Part shown: positions 1 to 8,999 of the stretch, one piece after another
Layout of the letters: every line of letters starts with the position of its first letter
Numbering within the stretch: the stretch's first letter is position 1
Origin: Longimicrobiales bacterium
GTDB taxonomy: Bacteria > Gemmatimonadota > Gemmatimonadetes > Longimicrobiales > Gaopeijiaceae
Direction: 5' to 3'
Assembly (NCBI GenBank): GCA_965248195.1
Contig: CBDFIQ010000002.1
Location: 1,056,001-1,120,000, forward strand
Length of the DNA: 64,000 bases
The notes under the pieces: model-generated
Seen by the model: only the letters and a program-made list of their open reading frames with translations
Databases searched by the model: none
Told to the model about the DNA's origin: nothing
Made by a program: the position numbers and the translations under genes

Positions 1-1
1 C

Positions 2-592
2 GAGGAGCGGCGCGTGGAGGTCGAGCTCAAGTTGATCGCCGACGTAGGACTCGTCGGGGAGCCCAACGCGGGCAAGTCGACGTTTCTGGCGGCCGTGTCG
101 AAGGCGCGGCCGAAGGTGGCGGACTACCCGTTCACGACGCTGGCTCCAAACCTGGGAATCGTGGAGTTGCCCGATTTCCGGAGCTTCGCCCTGGCGGACA
201 TCCCGGGCATCGTAGAGGGCGCTCATGAGGGAAAGGGGCTGGGCCTCCAGTTTCTCCGCCATATCGAGCGGACCCGCACGCTGGCGCTGTTGGTTCCGGT
301 CGACGCGCCGGATCCCGCTCAGGTGTATCGGGAGTTGCGGGAAGAGCTCTCGTCCTACTCAGAGGAGCTGGGTGCGAGGCCGCACTGTGTGATTCTGACC
401 AAGACCGACCTCCTCGGGCCGGGGGACGATGCTCCGCCGTTGGACGCTCCGGAGGCATGGGGGGTCTTTGAGGTGTCCTCGGTGGCGCGGACAGGGCTCT
501 CGGACCTCCTGGAGGCGCTGTGGGTGAGGCTCCGAGAGGTCATCGACGGAGAGACCGCGGGTAAGGGAGACGACGATTGGGATACTCCCTGA
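2..592 (+). CDS. obgE: GTPase ObgE/CgtA, 5'-truncated by window edge
   Basis: [48 protein letters not shown] motifs. Confidence 0.95.
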   Translation, partial: EERRVEVELKLIADVGLVGEPNAGKSTFLAAVSKARPKVADYPFTTLAPNLGIVELPDFRSFALADIPGIVEGAHEGKGLGLQFLRHIERTRTLALLVPVDAPDPAQVYRELREELSSYSEELGARPHCVILTKTDLLGPGDDAPPLDAPEAWGVFEVSSVARTGLSDLLEALWVRLREVIDGETAGKGDDDWDTP

Positions 593-1728
593 GTGTGAGC
601 TCTTCGGAGCGGGTTCGTGAGATCCAGGCGGTCCTGCGACTCAGCTCAGTGCCGGGCGTGGGCACGCGGGGGCTTTGGCGGATCCTCAAGCGATTCGGAT
701 CTGGCCAACGAGCTCTCGATGCCCGCCCGGAGGATCTCGACGCGGCGGCGCGAAAGGAGTGCGGTGGTGCGCTCGCATCCCCCGGTCTCGACCGCCGGGT
801 GCGCGATGCCTTGGGCCGATGTCGCACGCCCGAAATCGAGATTCTCCTGTGGTCGGATGAGGGGTACCCGGAGAGGCTGGGCCATCTGGTCGACCCGCCG
901 CCCGTTTTGTTCGCCCGAGGGCGGCTCGAGTTGCTGGGGAGACCGTCGGTGACCATCGTCGGATCCCGCCGCTCCACGGCGTATGGACGCCGAAGTGCGG
1001 AGGCCTTGGCGGCGCAGATGGCGCTTCGGAGGATCACCGTCGTGAGTGGCTTGGCGCTCGGCATCGACGGCGCATCGCACCGGGGTGCCCTAGAGGTGGG
1101 TGGAGACACGATTGCGGTGCTCGGCTCCGGCATCGACTTGATCCAGCCGGCCTCCCATCGTCGCCTCGGCGAGCGCATTGCCCGTGAGGGGCTTCTCCTC
1201 TCGGAGTTCCTGCCCGGAGAACCGGCCCGAGCGCATCACTTTCCTAGAAGGAACAGGATTCTGGCCGCGTTGAGCAGCGCGGTCGTGGTGGTCGAAGCGG
1301 CCGAGAAGAGTGGAGCCCTGATTACGGTCGAGCATGCGCTCGATCTGGGGCGGGATGTGTATGCCGTGCCGGGCGCACTCGACGCTCCGCAGAGTCGGGG
1401 GTGCAACGTGTTGATCCGCCAAGGAGCACAGGTGATCACCTCGCCCGAGGAGTTCGGGCGGGACCTGGGCTTGGTTTGCGGCTCATCGGCGGACTTCCGG
1501 GCAGAGTCCGGGTCTTCCTCCGCGGCTCGGGAGGTGGTGCCGGCCGGCCTCGATGACGAGGCGCGGCGTGTGTGGCTCGCCTTGAGCGAGCGGTCGCTCG
1601 GGATCGATGACGTCGCGTCCGGCGCGGATCTGCAGTCCGCCCGTGTCCTCGCGGCGCTCACAATCCTTCAAGTTGGAGGACTCGTGGTGCAGGAGTCCGG
1701 CATGCGATTTCGCCGGGCGTCTCGATGA
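577..1728 (+). CDS. dprA: DNA-processing protein DprA
   Basis: [36 protein letters not shown] motifs; start uncertain. Confidence 0.93.
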   Translation: MGYSLSVSSSERVREIQAVLRLSSVPGVGTRGLWRILKRFGSGQRALDARPEDLDAAARKECGGALASPGLDRRVRDALGRCRTPEIEILLWSDEGYPERLGHLVDPPPVLFARGRLELLGRPSVTIVGSRRSTAYGRRSAEALAAQMALRRITVVSGLALGIDGASHRGALEVGGDTIAVLGSGIDLIQPASHRRLGERIAREGLLLSEFLPGEPARAHHFPRRNRILAALSSAVVVVEAAEKSGALITVEHALDLGRDVYAVPGALDAPQSRGCNVLIRQGAQVITSPEEFGRDLGLVCGSSADFRAESGSSSAAREVVPAGLDDEARRVWLALSERSLGIDDVASGADLQSARVLAALTILQVGGLVVQESGMRFRRASR

Positions 1729-2909
1729 AGCAGTCGGCATCGCAGGCGGTCCGGGTCCTCGACCACCCTCCGAACCCCGGCGCCATCCGATCCGTTTATG
1801 TGCATGCTCCGTTCTGTGCTCGCCGGTGCTTCTACTGTGATTTCGCCGTGAGGGTCGCGACGGCGGATCGTGCTGGGTGGCTGGGCGCTCTGACTGCGGA
1901 GATCCGCGCCTTGGAGAGAGAGGGAGCGTTCGTCTTGGACGACAGGCTCGATACCCTGTACGTCGGCGGCGGGACGCCTTCGCTTCTCGGCGCGCAGGCG
2001 ATGCAGGGCCTCCTGACCGTAATCGGGGAGGAGCGCCTCCGGCGGCCCGAGCTAGAGTGGACCGCAGAGGCGAACCCGGAGAGCTTCTCGCAGGAGGTAG
2101 CGAAAGGCTGGCGAAGCACCGGTGTCAACCGGATCAGCCTTGGGATTCAGAGCTTTCACGCGCCATCACTCCGGTGGATGGGACGGTTGCACGGAGCCGA
2201 CGGAGCGCGGTCGGCGGTCCAGATCGCAAGAGCGGAGGGTTTCACCAACCTCAGTGTCGATCTGATCTTCGGCCTACCGGGCCATCTGGAGCGGGACTGG
2301 GAGCGCGACCTGGACGAGACGCTCTCCCTCCAACCCGATCATGTCAGCCTTTATGGCCTGAGCGCCGAGTCGGCCACGCCCTTGGGTCGTGCGGTGGCCG
2401 AGGGTAGTGAGTTCCTTCCCTCCGAGGAGCGGTACGAGCAGGAGTATTTCTTGGCCGTGGACCGCCTGGCGGAGGCGGGGTATGGGGCGTATGAGGTGTC
2501 CAACTTCGCTCGCCCGGGATTCGCCTCGCGGCACAACTCGGTGTACTGGTCGGGAGAACCGTACATCGGGTTGGGAAATGGGGCGCACAGCTACCGGCAT
2601 CCGGTCCGCAGATGGAACATACGAGATTGGGACGCCTACCGCGCTGGCACCGACGGCCCGGGCCCGCCGGTGGACGACGAAGAGGAACTCGATGTGGGCA
2701 AAGTCCGGCTCGAGCGGATTTGGCTTGGACTCAGAACGAGGCGGGGGATCTCCTTGCGGGACTTACCCTCCTCGGCCAGGGACCGGGCGGCTCGTTGGGT
2801 GGAGAGTGCCTTAGCGGTGGCGGAAGGGAATGTCCTGCGACTGACACCAAGGGGCTGGCTGGTCATGGACCGCCTCACCCTCGAAATGGAGGCGGATCTC
2901 GAAGGGTGA
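1725..2909 (+). CDS. hemW: Radical SAM heme chaperone HemW
   Basis: YVHAPFCARRCFYCDF (CxxxCxxC), GGGTPS, YEVSNFA, HNSVYW. Confidence 0.9.
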   Translation: MKQSASQAVRVLDHPPNPGAIRSVYVHAPFCARRCFYCDFAVRVATADRAGWLGALTAEIRALEREGAFVLDDRLDTLYVGGGTPSLLGAQAMQGLLTVIGEERLRRPELEWTAEANPESFSQEVAKGWRSTGVNRISLGIQSFHAPSLRWMGRLHGADGARSAVQIARAEGFTNLSVDLIFGLPGHLERDWERDLDETLSLQPDHVSLYGLSAESATPLGRAVAEGSEFLPSEERYEQEYFLAVDRLAEAGYGAYEVSNFARPGFASRHNSVYWSGEPYIGLGNGAHSYRHPVRRWNIRDWDAYRAGTDGPGPPVDDEEELDVGKVRLERIWLGLRTRRGISLRDLPSSARDRAARWVESALAVAEGNVLRLTPRGWLVMDRLTLEMEADLEG

Positions 2910-2943
2910 TCGCCACTGACGCCGTTTCTCGATATTTTTAAGC

Positions 2944-4017
2944 ATGAGTCCCGAAACCCCCCAATCGATTGGTCAGGATCTCTCGGAGCGCGAGCGCCAA
3001 GTGCTCCAGGCCGTGGTCCGTACGTACGTAGATTCCGCGGAGCCGGCTGGGAGTCGAACGTTGGCGAAGAGGTTCGATCTCGGTGTTTCGCCGGCCACCG
3101 TGCGGAATACGATGAGCGACCTCGAGTCCAAGGGATATCTCTTCCATCGCCATACCTCCGCCGGACGCATCCCGACGGATCATGCGTACCGATTTTATGT
3201 CGACCGGATCATGCGGCCGCGGCCGCTGACGGAGGTCGAGCGTGAACGCCTTGCCCAGGAAATCGAGATCGGAGGATCCTCGGCGGTCGAGCGACTCGTA
3301 CAGCGTGCGATCCGGGCCCTCAGCCTCCTTTCGGGAGAGTTGGGTGTGGCTGTCGCTCCGAGTCTGGAGGATGCGATCCTCGAGCGACTGGAGCTGATCC
3401 AGGTTTCGAGTGCGAAGATCTTGATGGTGATGTCCATCAAAAGTGGGCTTGTCCACACCGTTTACGTCGATCTACCCGGCGAGGTTCAGTCCGACGTCCT
3501 GGCGAGCGTGACACAGGTCCTCAATGAGCGGCTCGCGGGCCTCACCCTCCATGCGATAAGGGAAACCCTGCTCGACCGACTGAGGGATACGGGAATCGGC
3601 CACGGCGGAGGGGCCGACGAGCTCCTCAATATCTTCATTCAGTCGAGTTCCGAGCTGTTCGATTGGACGCCGCTCGAAGGGGGCCAGGTCCATCTGGGCC
3701 AGACGAGCGTCCTGGCTGCTCAGCCGGAATTCAACACCGGAGAGCGGCTCAAGGGGCTCATCGAACTAACGGAGCAAAGGACCCTGCTCGCGGACGTTCT
3801 AGGGAACAGGGAGCACCAGGGCGGACTAAAGATCACCATTGGTAGCGAAAACCCGGAGGAGGCTCTGTCCGATTTCACGCTGGTTACGGCGGAATACCGG
3901 GTCGGACAACTCAAAGGTGTGATCGGCGTGATCGGTCCCACTCGGATGCCGTACGAAAAGGTGATCGCGATTGTCGACTATACGTCGACGCTGGTCAACA
4001 GCGTTCTCGGTGTCTAG
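2944..4017 (+). CDS. hrcA: Heat-inducible transcription repressor HrcA
   Basis: SPATVRNTMSDLE, HTSAGRIPT, GVIGPTRMPY. Confidence 0.95.
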   Translation: MSPETPQSIGQDLSERERQVLQAVVRTYVDSAEPAGSRTLAKRFDLGVSPATVRNTMSDLESKGYLFHRHTSAGRIPTDHAYRFYVDRIMRPRPLTEVERERLAQEIEIGGSSAVERLVQRAIRALSLLSGELGVAVAPSLEDAILERLELIQVSSAKILMVMSIKSGLVHTVYVDLPGEVQSDVLASVTQVLNERLAGLTLHAIRETLLDRLRDTGIGHGGGADELLNIFIQSSSELFDWTPLEGGQVHLGQTSVLAAQPEFNTGERLKGLIELTEQRTLLADVLGNREHQGGLKITIGSENPEEALSDFTLVTAEYRVGQLKGVIGVIGPTRMPYEKVIAIVDYTSTLVNSVLGV

Positions 4018-4039
4018 AAGGGGATTCCCACGGAGGTAA

Positions 4040-5200
4040 ATGGCCGACTACTATGAGTTGCTGGGCGTCTCGAAGGGCGCTAGCACGGACGATATCAAGA
4101 AAGCGTACCGTAAGCTCGCCCTGAAATACCATCCCGATCGGAACCAAGGATCGAAGGAGACCGAGGACCGGTTCAAGCAAGTGACCGAGGCCTACGAGAT
4201 TCTCCGTGATTCCGAGAAGCGCTCGGTCTACGACCAATACGGAGAGCAGGGGCTGAGTCGCGCTGCGGGTGGGCCAGGCGGATTCGGAGGCTTCGACTTC
4301 TCGGACGCGCTCGAGGTCTTCATGAGGGATTTCGGAGGGTTCGGGGGGCTCGAGGACCTCTTCGGCGGAAGACAGCAGCGAGGCGGATCTCGATCGGCGC
4401 CCCAAGGCCAGACGATCAAGATCAAGGTGCGCATCTCCCTCCCGGAGGTGGCCACGGGCGTTTTGAAGACGCTGACGGTGGCGATCCTGGACACCTGCGA
4501 ACGCTGTTCGGGAAGCGGGAGTGCCGACGGAGCTGCCCCGGTGCCCTGCGGGACCTGTGGGGGGTCGGGAGAGACGCGTCAGGCACAGCGAACGGTGTTC
4601 GGGCAGTTCATCAGCGTGGTTCCGTGCCGTACCTGCCGGGGTGAGGGGCGTGTCATCAAAGAGCCGTGCCCCATTTGTCACGGTGAAGGACGGGCCCGCT
4701 CCGAGCGGCCCATCAAGGTCGACATCCCCCCCGGCGTGACGTCTGAGAACTTCATTACGATGCGTGCTGAGGGCAACGTAGGGCCGCGGGGGGGTCCGCG
4801 TGGCGATGTCCTGGTGCTGATCGAGGTCGAGGAGGACGCCCGCTTCGTACGAGACGGGCCGCACCTGCGATACGAGCTGCCCATCACATTCTCGCAGGCG
4901 GCCTTGGGGGATGAGGCCGAGGTGCCGACCGTGGACGGGACGGTCAGACTGACCATCCCGAAGGGTATCCAAAGCGGGGAGGTTTTGCGTCTCAGAGGCC
5001 AGGGGCTCCCGGAGCTTCACGGCAGCGGTAGGGGGGACCAACTCGTACGGGTCGCGGTGTGGACGCCGGAACGGTTGACGCCCGAACAGGAGGAAACCAT
5101 TCGTACGCTTCGTGACATGGAGGACCCGGCGCCCGAGAAGCTCCGTGATTCGGGCAGGAGCATCTGGTCCCGAGTCAAAGAGGCGTTCACCCAGGCGTGA
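4040..5200 (+). CDS. dnaJ: Chaperone DnaJ
   Basis: J domain with HPD, G/F-rich region, four CxxCxGxG repeats. Confidence 0.97.
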   Translation: MADYYELLGVSKGASTDDIKKAYRKLALKYHPDRNQGSKETEDRFKQVTEAYEILRDSEKRSVYDQYGEQGLSRAAGGPGGFGGFDFSDALEVFMRDFGGFGGLEDLFGGRQQRGGSRSAPQGQTIKIKVRISLPEVATGVLKTLTVAILDTCERCSGSGSADGAAPVPCGTCGGSGETRQAQRTVFGQFISVVPCRTCRGEGRVIKEPCPICHGEGRARSERPIKVDIPPGVTSENFITMRAEGNVGPRGGPRGDVLVLIEVEEDARFVRDGPHLRYELPITFSQAALGDEAEVPTVDGTVRLTIPKGIQSGEVLRLRGQGLPELHGSGRGDQLVRVAVWTPERLTPEQEETIRTLRDMEDPAPEKLRDSGRSIWSRVKEAFTQA

Positions 5201-5672
5201 TCGACGCTTCGGAAACCTCCGACGCCACACCCGACCGCTGGTTGGCTCTTTCGGTTGATTCGTACGCTCCCATGGCGTCGGAACTGCCCCGCTCAATCAG
5301 TAGAAGCCAACGCGCCACTGCTGTTGCCGAATTCTCGTCGACCCTCCTTCCCAGACACCGGAGACTTTCCGCGGTGCGGGCCGAAACTGGTGAACTCGCT
5401 CGGGTGTTGGGGTCGAGGCCGAGAACCCAAGTCTCGGGGCTCCACGGCGGGGCCTCGCCTGGCTTCGCTGTTGAACGGCGCCAAGGTCCGATCATGGGGT
5501 CGAGAACGCGAAAAAGGTCGGGCCGCGACCGAATTTCTGTTAGGATCCGCTCGGGACTGACGACGTAACCGGGGGTCTCCTCTTCGATCGCCTCCAGGAG
5601 GCGAGCGAGTGGAAGCGCCGGAGCGGGAGAACGGCTCAGGATCTCCCTCGCAAAATCTGGTATGGTCTTCAT
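5187..5672 (-). CDS. Hypothetical protein
   Basis: Protein-like ORF MKTIPDFAREILSRSPAPALPL filling the dnaJ-yqeY gap; ATG at 5672 chosen over the upstream ORF start. Confidence 0.6.
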   Translation of the reverse strand: MKTIPDFAREILSRSPAPALPLARLLEAIEEETPGYVVSPERILTEIRSRPDLFRVLDPMIGPWRRSTAKPGEAPPWSPETWVLGLDPNTRASSPVSARTAESLRCLGRRVDENSATAVARWLLLIERGSSDAMGAYESTERANQRSGVASEVSEASITPG

Positions 5673-5791
5673 GATCCCCTCGTGGGTCGTGGAAAAGATG
5701 GCATCGGTCGCTCCCCACTCGCCCCGAGAATAGGCGTAGAGAGGTGGCGGCCCCATGGCTGGATGGGACCTTCTTGGGTAGCTTCCCAGCC

Positions 5792-6229
5792 ATGTCGGAA
5801 GATCTGAAAGCGAGGCTCCGAGATGACCTCGTCGTGGTCCGCAAGGCGCGAAATCGGTTGGGCACGGTGGTCCTCACCACGCTCCTTTCGGAGGTGCGAA
5901 ATCGGGAGATCGAGGTCGGTGAAGCGTTGGATGACGAGGGGATTCAGGCCGTCGTCGCGAAGGGGATCAAACAGCGGCGTGACGCGGCGGAGCAGATGCT
6001 GGAGGCCGGACGTCCGGAGTTGGCCGAGAAGGAATCCGAGGAGGCCACCATACTCCAGGCGTACCTACCGCCCGCTCTCTCCGAGTCCGACGTGCACGCC
6101 ATGGTCCGGGAGGCGATCGATGCCGGCGCCACCGAAATGGGTGCCGTGATGGGCCGAATCATGCCGAAGATCCGAGGACGCTTCGATGGAAAAGAAGCGA
6201 ACCGGATCGTGCGGGAAGAACTCGCGTGA
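5792..6229 (+). CDS. GatB/YqeY domain protein
   Basis: LKARLRDDL, IKQRRDA, YLPPALSE, MGAVMG, GRFDGK pattern. Confidence 0.9.
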   Translation: MSEDLKARLRDDLVVVRKARNRLGTVVLTTLLSEVRNREIEVGEALDDEGIQAVVAKGIKQRRDAAEQMLEAGRPELAEKESEEATILQAYLPPALSESDVHAMVREAIDAGATEMGAVMGRIMPKIRGRFDGKEANRIVREELA

Positions 6230-6248
6230 GTGAAGAACTCGCGTGAGT
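6215..6248. repeat. 17-bp perfect tandem duplication GAAGAACTCGCGTGAGT x2
   Basis: Copies at 6215-6231 and 6232-6248 spanning the yqeY stop. Confidence 0.9.
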
Positions 6249-6277
6249 ATGGAACGGCTCTCCCGCGCTTCCGTGGG

Positions 6278-8686
6278 ATGAGCGAACACGCCCTCACCGT
6301 TCTGGAGTTCCATCGAGCCCTTGAACAGGTGGCGGGGCGCGCCACGAGCGAAGCTGGACGGGCGGCCGTTCTCTCGTTACGGCCGCATTCGGATCGCGAG
6401 TGGGTGGAGCGTGAGCTCACGCGAGTCTCCGAGACGGAGGCCTTTCTGGAGGCACGCTCAACGTGGGCACCCCCCGAAATCCCTGACTGTTTGCCGATTT
6501 TTGGGCGCCTGGAGGTCGACGGTAGCGTCTTGGAGGGGACGGAGCTGCACGCTGTGGGTGTCTCGCTCGCCTCTGGGGGGCAGTTGGCTGAGGCGCTGGA
6601 CGCGGATCTTTCGCAGGAGAAATCGTCGGGAGGAAAGGGGCCAGGTCAGGAAGTGGAGCGCTTTGCGGCCCTCGCGTTCATCCGAGACCGGTTACACACC
6701 GAACCGGATCTCAAGATTCGTATCGCCAAAACCACGGACGCATCGGGGGAGATTCTAGACTCGGCCAGCGCCGATCTCCGGCGAATCCGTAAGCAACTTC
6801 GCGGCTCGCGAAACAAGATCGTGCGGAAGCTGGAAGCGTTCGTGGCGGATCTGCCGGAGCGGGTCAGGGTCGCGGACGCGTCCGTCGGCATTCGCGACGG
6901 GCGCTACGTGGTGCCGGTTCGCCGAGAGGGAAAGAGGGACGTGGGCGGAATCGTTCACGATGAATCCCATACGGGTGCGACGCTCTTCGTAGAGCCGCCC
7001 ATGGCCATCGAGCTCACGAACGAGTTGCGGGGGCTCGAGCGAGAAGAAACGAGGGAGATTCATCACATCCTTTCCGAGATCACGCAGACACTACGGCCCC
7101 GGCATCCGTCACTGCGCGCCAGTTGGGAGGCGCTCGTCGAGTTCGACTCGCTCGCCGCTCGGGCTCGAACCGCGAGCGACTGGGGCGCCATTCGCCCCGC
7201 CCTTTCAGGCGAATCGGAGGGCTGGGCCATCGTGCGGGGCCGCCACCCGCTGCTGCTGGCGAATTCCGATGACTCCGTTGTGCCGTTCGACCTGAGCTTG
7301 GAGCCCAATGAGCGGATCGTGGTGGTCTCCGGTCCCAACACCGGCGGTAAGAGTGTGTTTCTGAAGGCGGTGGGGCTGATCGCGTCCCTGACCCAAAGTG
7401 GAGTCGTCCCACCGGTCGGGGAGGGGACCCGACTTCCGGTCTTCGATTCGATCTTCGCCGATATCGGAGACGAGCAGTCCATAGCAGAAAATCTCTCGAC
7501 GTTTTCCGCCCACTTGACGATCTGGAAAGAGGTCGTCGAGCGCGCTGGGAATGGGTCGTTGGTTCTTCTCGATGAGATGGGAACGGGCACGGATCCCGCC
7601 GAGGGTGCCGCACTTTCCCGGGCTCTGATCGAGCACCTCTCTGAAAGGGGTGCCACCGCCGTGGTCACCTCCCACCTTGGAGCCTTGAAGCGCCTCGACA
7701 GCGACGGCAGTGGCGTGGTCAACGCGTCACTCCAGTTCGACCCTGATGGGATGAAGCCTACCTACGAGCTCGTAAAGGGGAGGCCCGGGCGCAGCTATGG
7801 TCTGGCGACCGCCCAACGGCTAGGACTTCCTGACCACGTGCTCGGGCGGGCGGAGGCCTACATCGAGGGTGGTGACGCCTCGATGGAGGATCTCCTCGAG
7901 CGGCTCGAGAAAAAAGAGAAGGAGGCTCGCGAACTGGTCGAAACCCTGAGTCGTGAGCGGGAAGAGACCGCAGGCCTCCGCGCAGAAGTGGAGGCTCGTG
8001 AGGCGGATCTCCGCAGGGAAGAGCGCGAAGCGGAAGGGAGGACCCGTGAGGAGGCACGGCGCATCCTGATGGAGGCCCGGCAGGAGGTCGAGGAGGCCAT
8101 CCGCGAGGTTCGGGAGGCGTCGTCCGCACAGGACCTGGAGGGCGCCGCCCGCCGTGCCCGCCGCAGGGTGGAGGACGCGGCCCGCCGTCAAGAAGAGCTC
8201 CCGCCAGGTGCGTCGAGGGAGTCGGGGTCTATGACCCTCACGCCGGGTGACCGGGTGCGACTTGTCGACGGAGGCCTGAAGGGCGTGGTGGCCGAGGTGC
8301 GAGACGGCCGCGTGGTTATCGATGCGTCCGGGATCCGCATGAAGGTGCACGTGGCGGATCTGGAGTTGGTGACCCCAGGCGATGGGGCTCGGGACACGGA
8401 GCGTGGGTCGGTCTCATGGAAGGCACCCGAGGGACCGGTCTGCACGGAGGTCGACCTCCGGGGCCTTCGAGTGGACGAGGTCGACCAAGCGTTGTTGCGT
8501 TCTATCGATGAGGCGATCCTTTCCGATCTCACGGAGTTGAGGATCATCCACGGAAAAGGGACCGGCGCAGTGCGAGCACGTGTGAGGGCGCTCCTGCAAG
8601 ACGATGGCCGGGTGTCCGCGTTCCGGGTCGGCGGGCGTGCCGAGGGTGGAGCCGGCGTTACGGTGGCGAGCTTAGAAGGCTGTTGA
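6278..8686 (+). CDS. mutS2: Endonuclease MutS2 with Smr domain
   Basis: SGPNTGGKS Walker A, DIGDEQSI, LSTFSAH, DEMGTGTDP, C-terminal Smr IIHGKGTG. Confidence 0.95.
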   Translation: MSEHALTVLEFHRALEQVAGRATSEAGRAAVLSLRPHSDREWVERELTRVSETEAFLEARSTWAPPEIPDCLPIFGRLEVDGSVLEGTELHAVGVSLASGGQLAEALDADLSQEKSSGGKGPGQEVERFAALAFIRDRLHTEPDLKIRIAKTTDASGEILDSASADLRRIRKQLRGSRNKIVRKLEAFVADLPERVRVADASVGIRDGRYVVPVRREGKRDVGGIVHDESHTGATLFVEPPMAIELTNELRGLEREETREIHHILSEITQTLRPRHPSLRASWEALVEFDSLAARARTASDWGAIRPALSGESEGWAIVRGRHPLLLANSDDSVVPFDLSLEPNERIVVVSGPNTGGKSVFLKAVGLIASLTQSGVVPPVGEGTRLPVFDSIFADIGDEQSIAENLSTFSAHLTIWKEVVERAGNGSLVLLDEMGTGTDPAEGAALSRALIEHLSERGATAVVTSHLGALKRLDSDGSGVVNASLQFDPDGMKPTYELVKGRPGRSYGLATAQRLGLPDHVLGRAEAYIEGGDASMEDLLERLEKKEKEARELVETLSREREETAGLRAEVEAREADLRREEREAEGRTREEARRILMEARQEVEEAIREVREASSAQDLEGAARRARRRVEDAARRQEELPPGASRESGSMTLTPGDRVRLVDGGLKGVVAEVRDGRVVIDASGIRMKVHVADLELVTPGDGARDTERGSVSWKAPEGPVCTEVDLRGLRVDEVDQALLRSIDEAILSDLTELRIIHGKGTGAVRARVRALLQDDGRVSAFRVGGRAEGGAGVTVASLEGC

Positions 8687-8995
8687 AGGAGTACAGCGGG
8701 TCGCGCACAGGGCGCTTGTGCGCGTTCAGACAAGGAACGACGAGGAGTCGTAGTCATTCTACGGCGACGAGGAGAGACGCAGGATCAACCGCACAACCGC
8801 CCTGTGCCCACGAACAGGAATGGCATGACCTTACACGTTGAAGGGTTGCGGTGGCACGGCCCCGACCACGCTTCGCGCGGTGCCCCCGTTGTTGGAGCTC
8901 CTAGCCATAGCTACGGCTATGGCGTCGTCGCTCCGCCTAGGAGCTGGGACCGTGGCATCCGCAACGCGGCCCACTGTACTCCTTCAACAGCCTTC
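8675..8995. mobile_element. MITE-like non-autonomous element, 321 bp, flanked by TA
   Basis: Inverted repeats 8673-8705 and 8965-8997 (31/33 identical including the flanking TA; outer 24 bp perfect, TAGAAGGCTGTTGAAGGAGTACAG); internal hairpins; no transposase. Confidence 0.85.
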
Positions 8996-8999
8996 TAGG

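Noticed and set aside
2905..4040. CIRCE operator near hrcA or dnaJ
   Set aside because: No TTAGCACTC-N9-GAGTGCTAA-like inverted repeat found upstream of either gene.
8838..8999. N-terminal extension of DnaG in the ORF track
   Set aside because: It lies inside the MITE; the conserved DnaG start MIPDD is at 9000.
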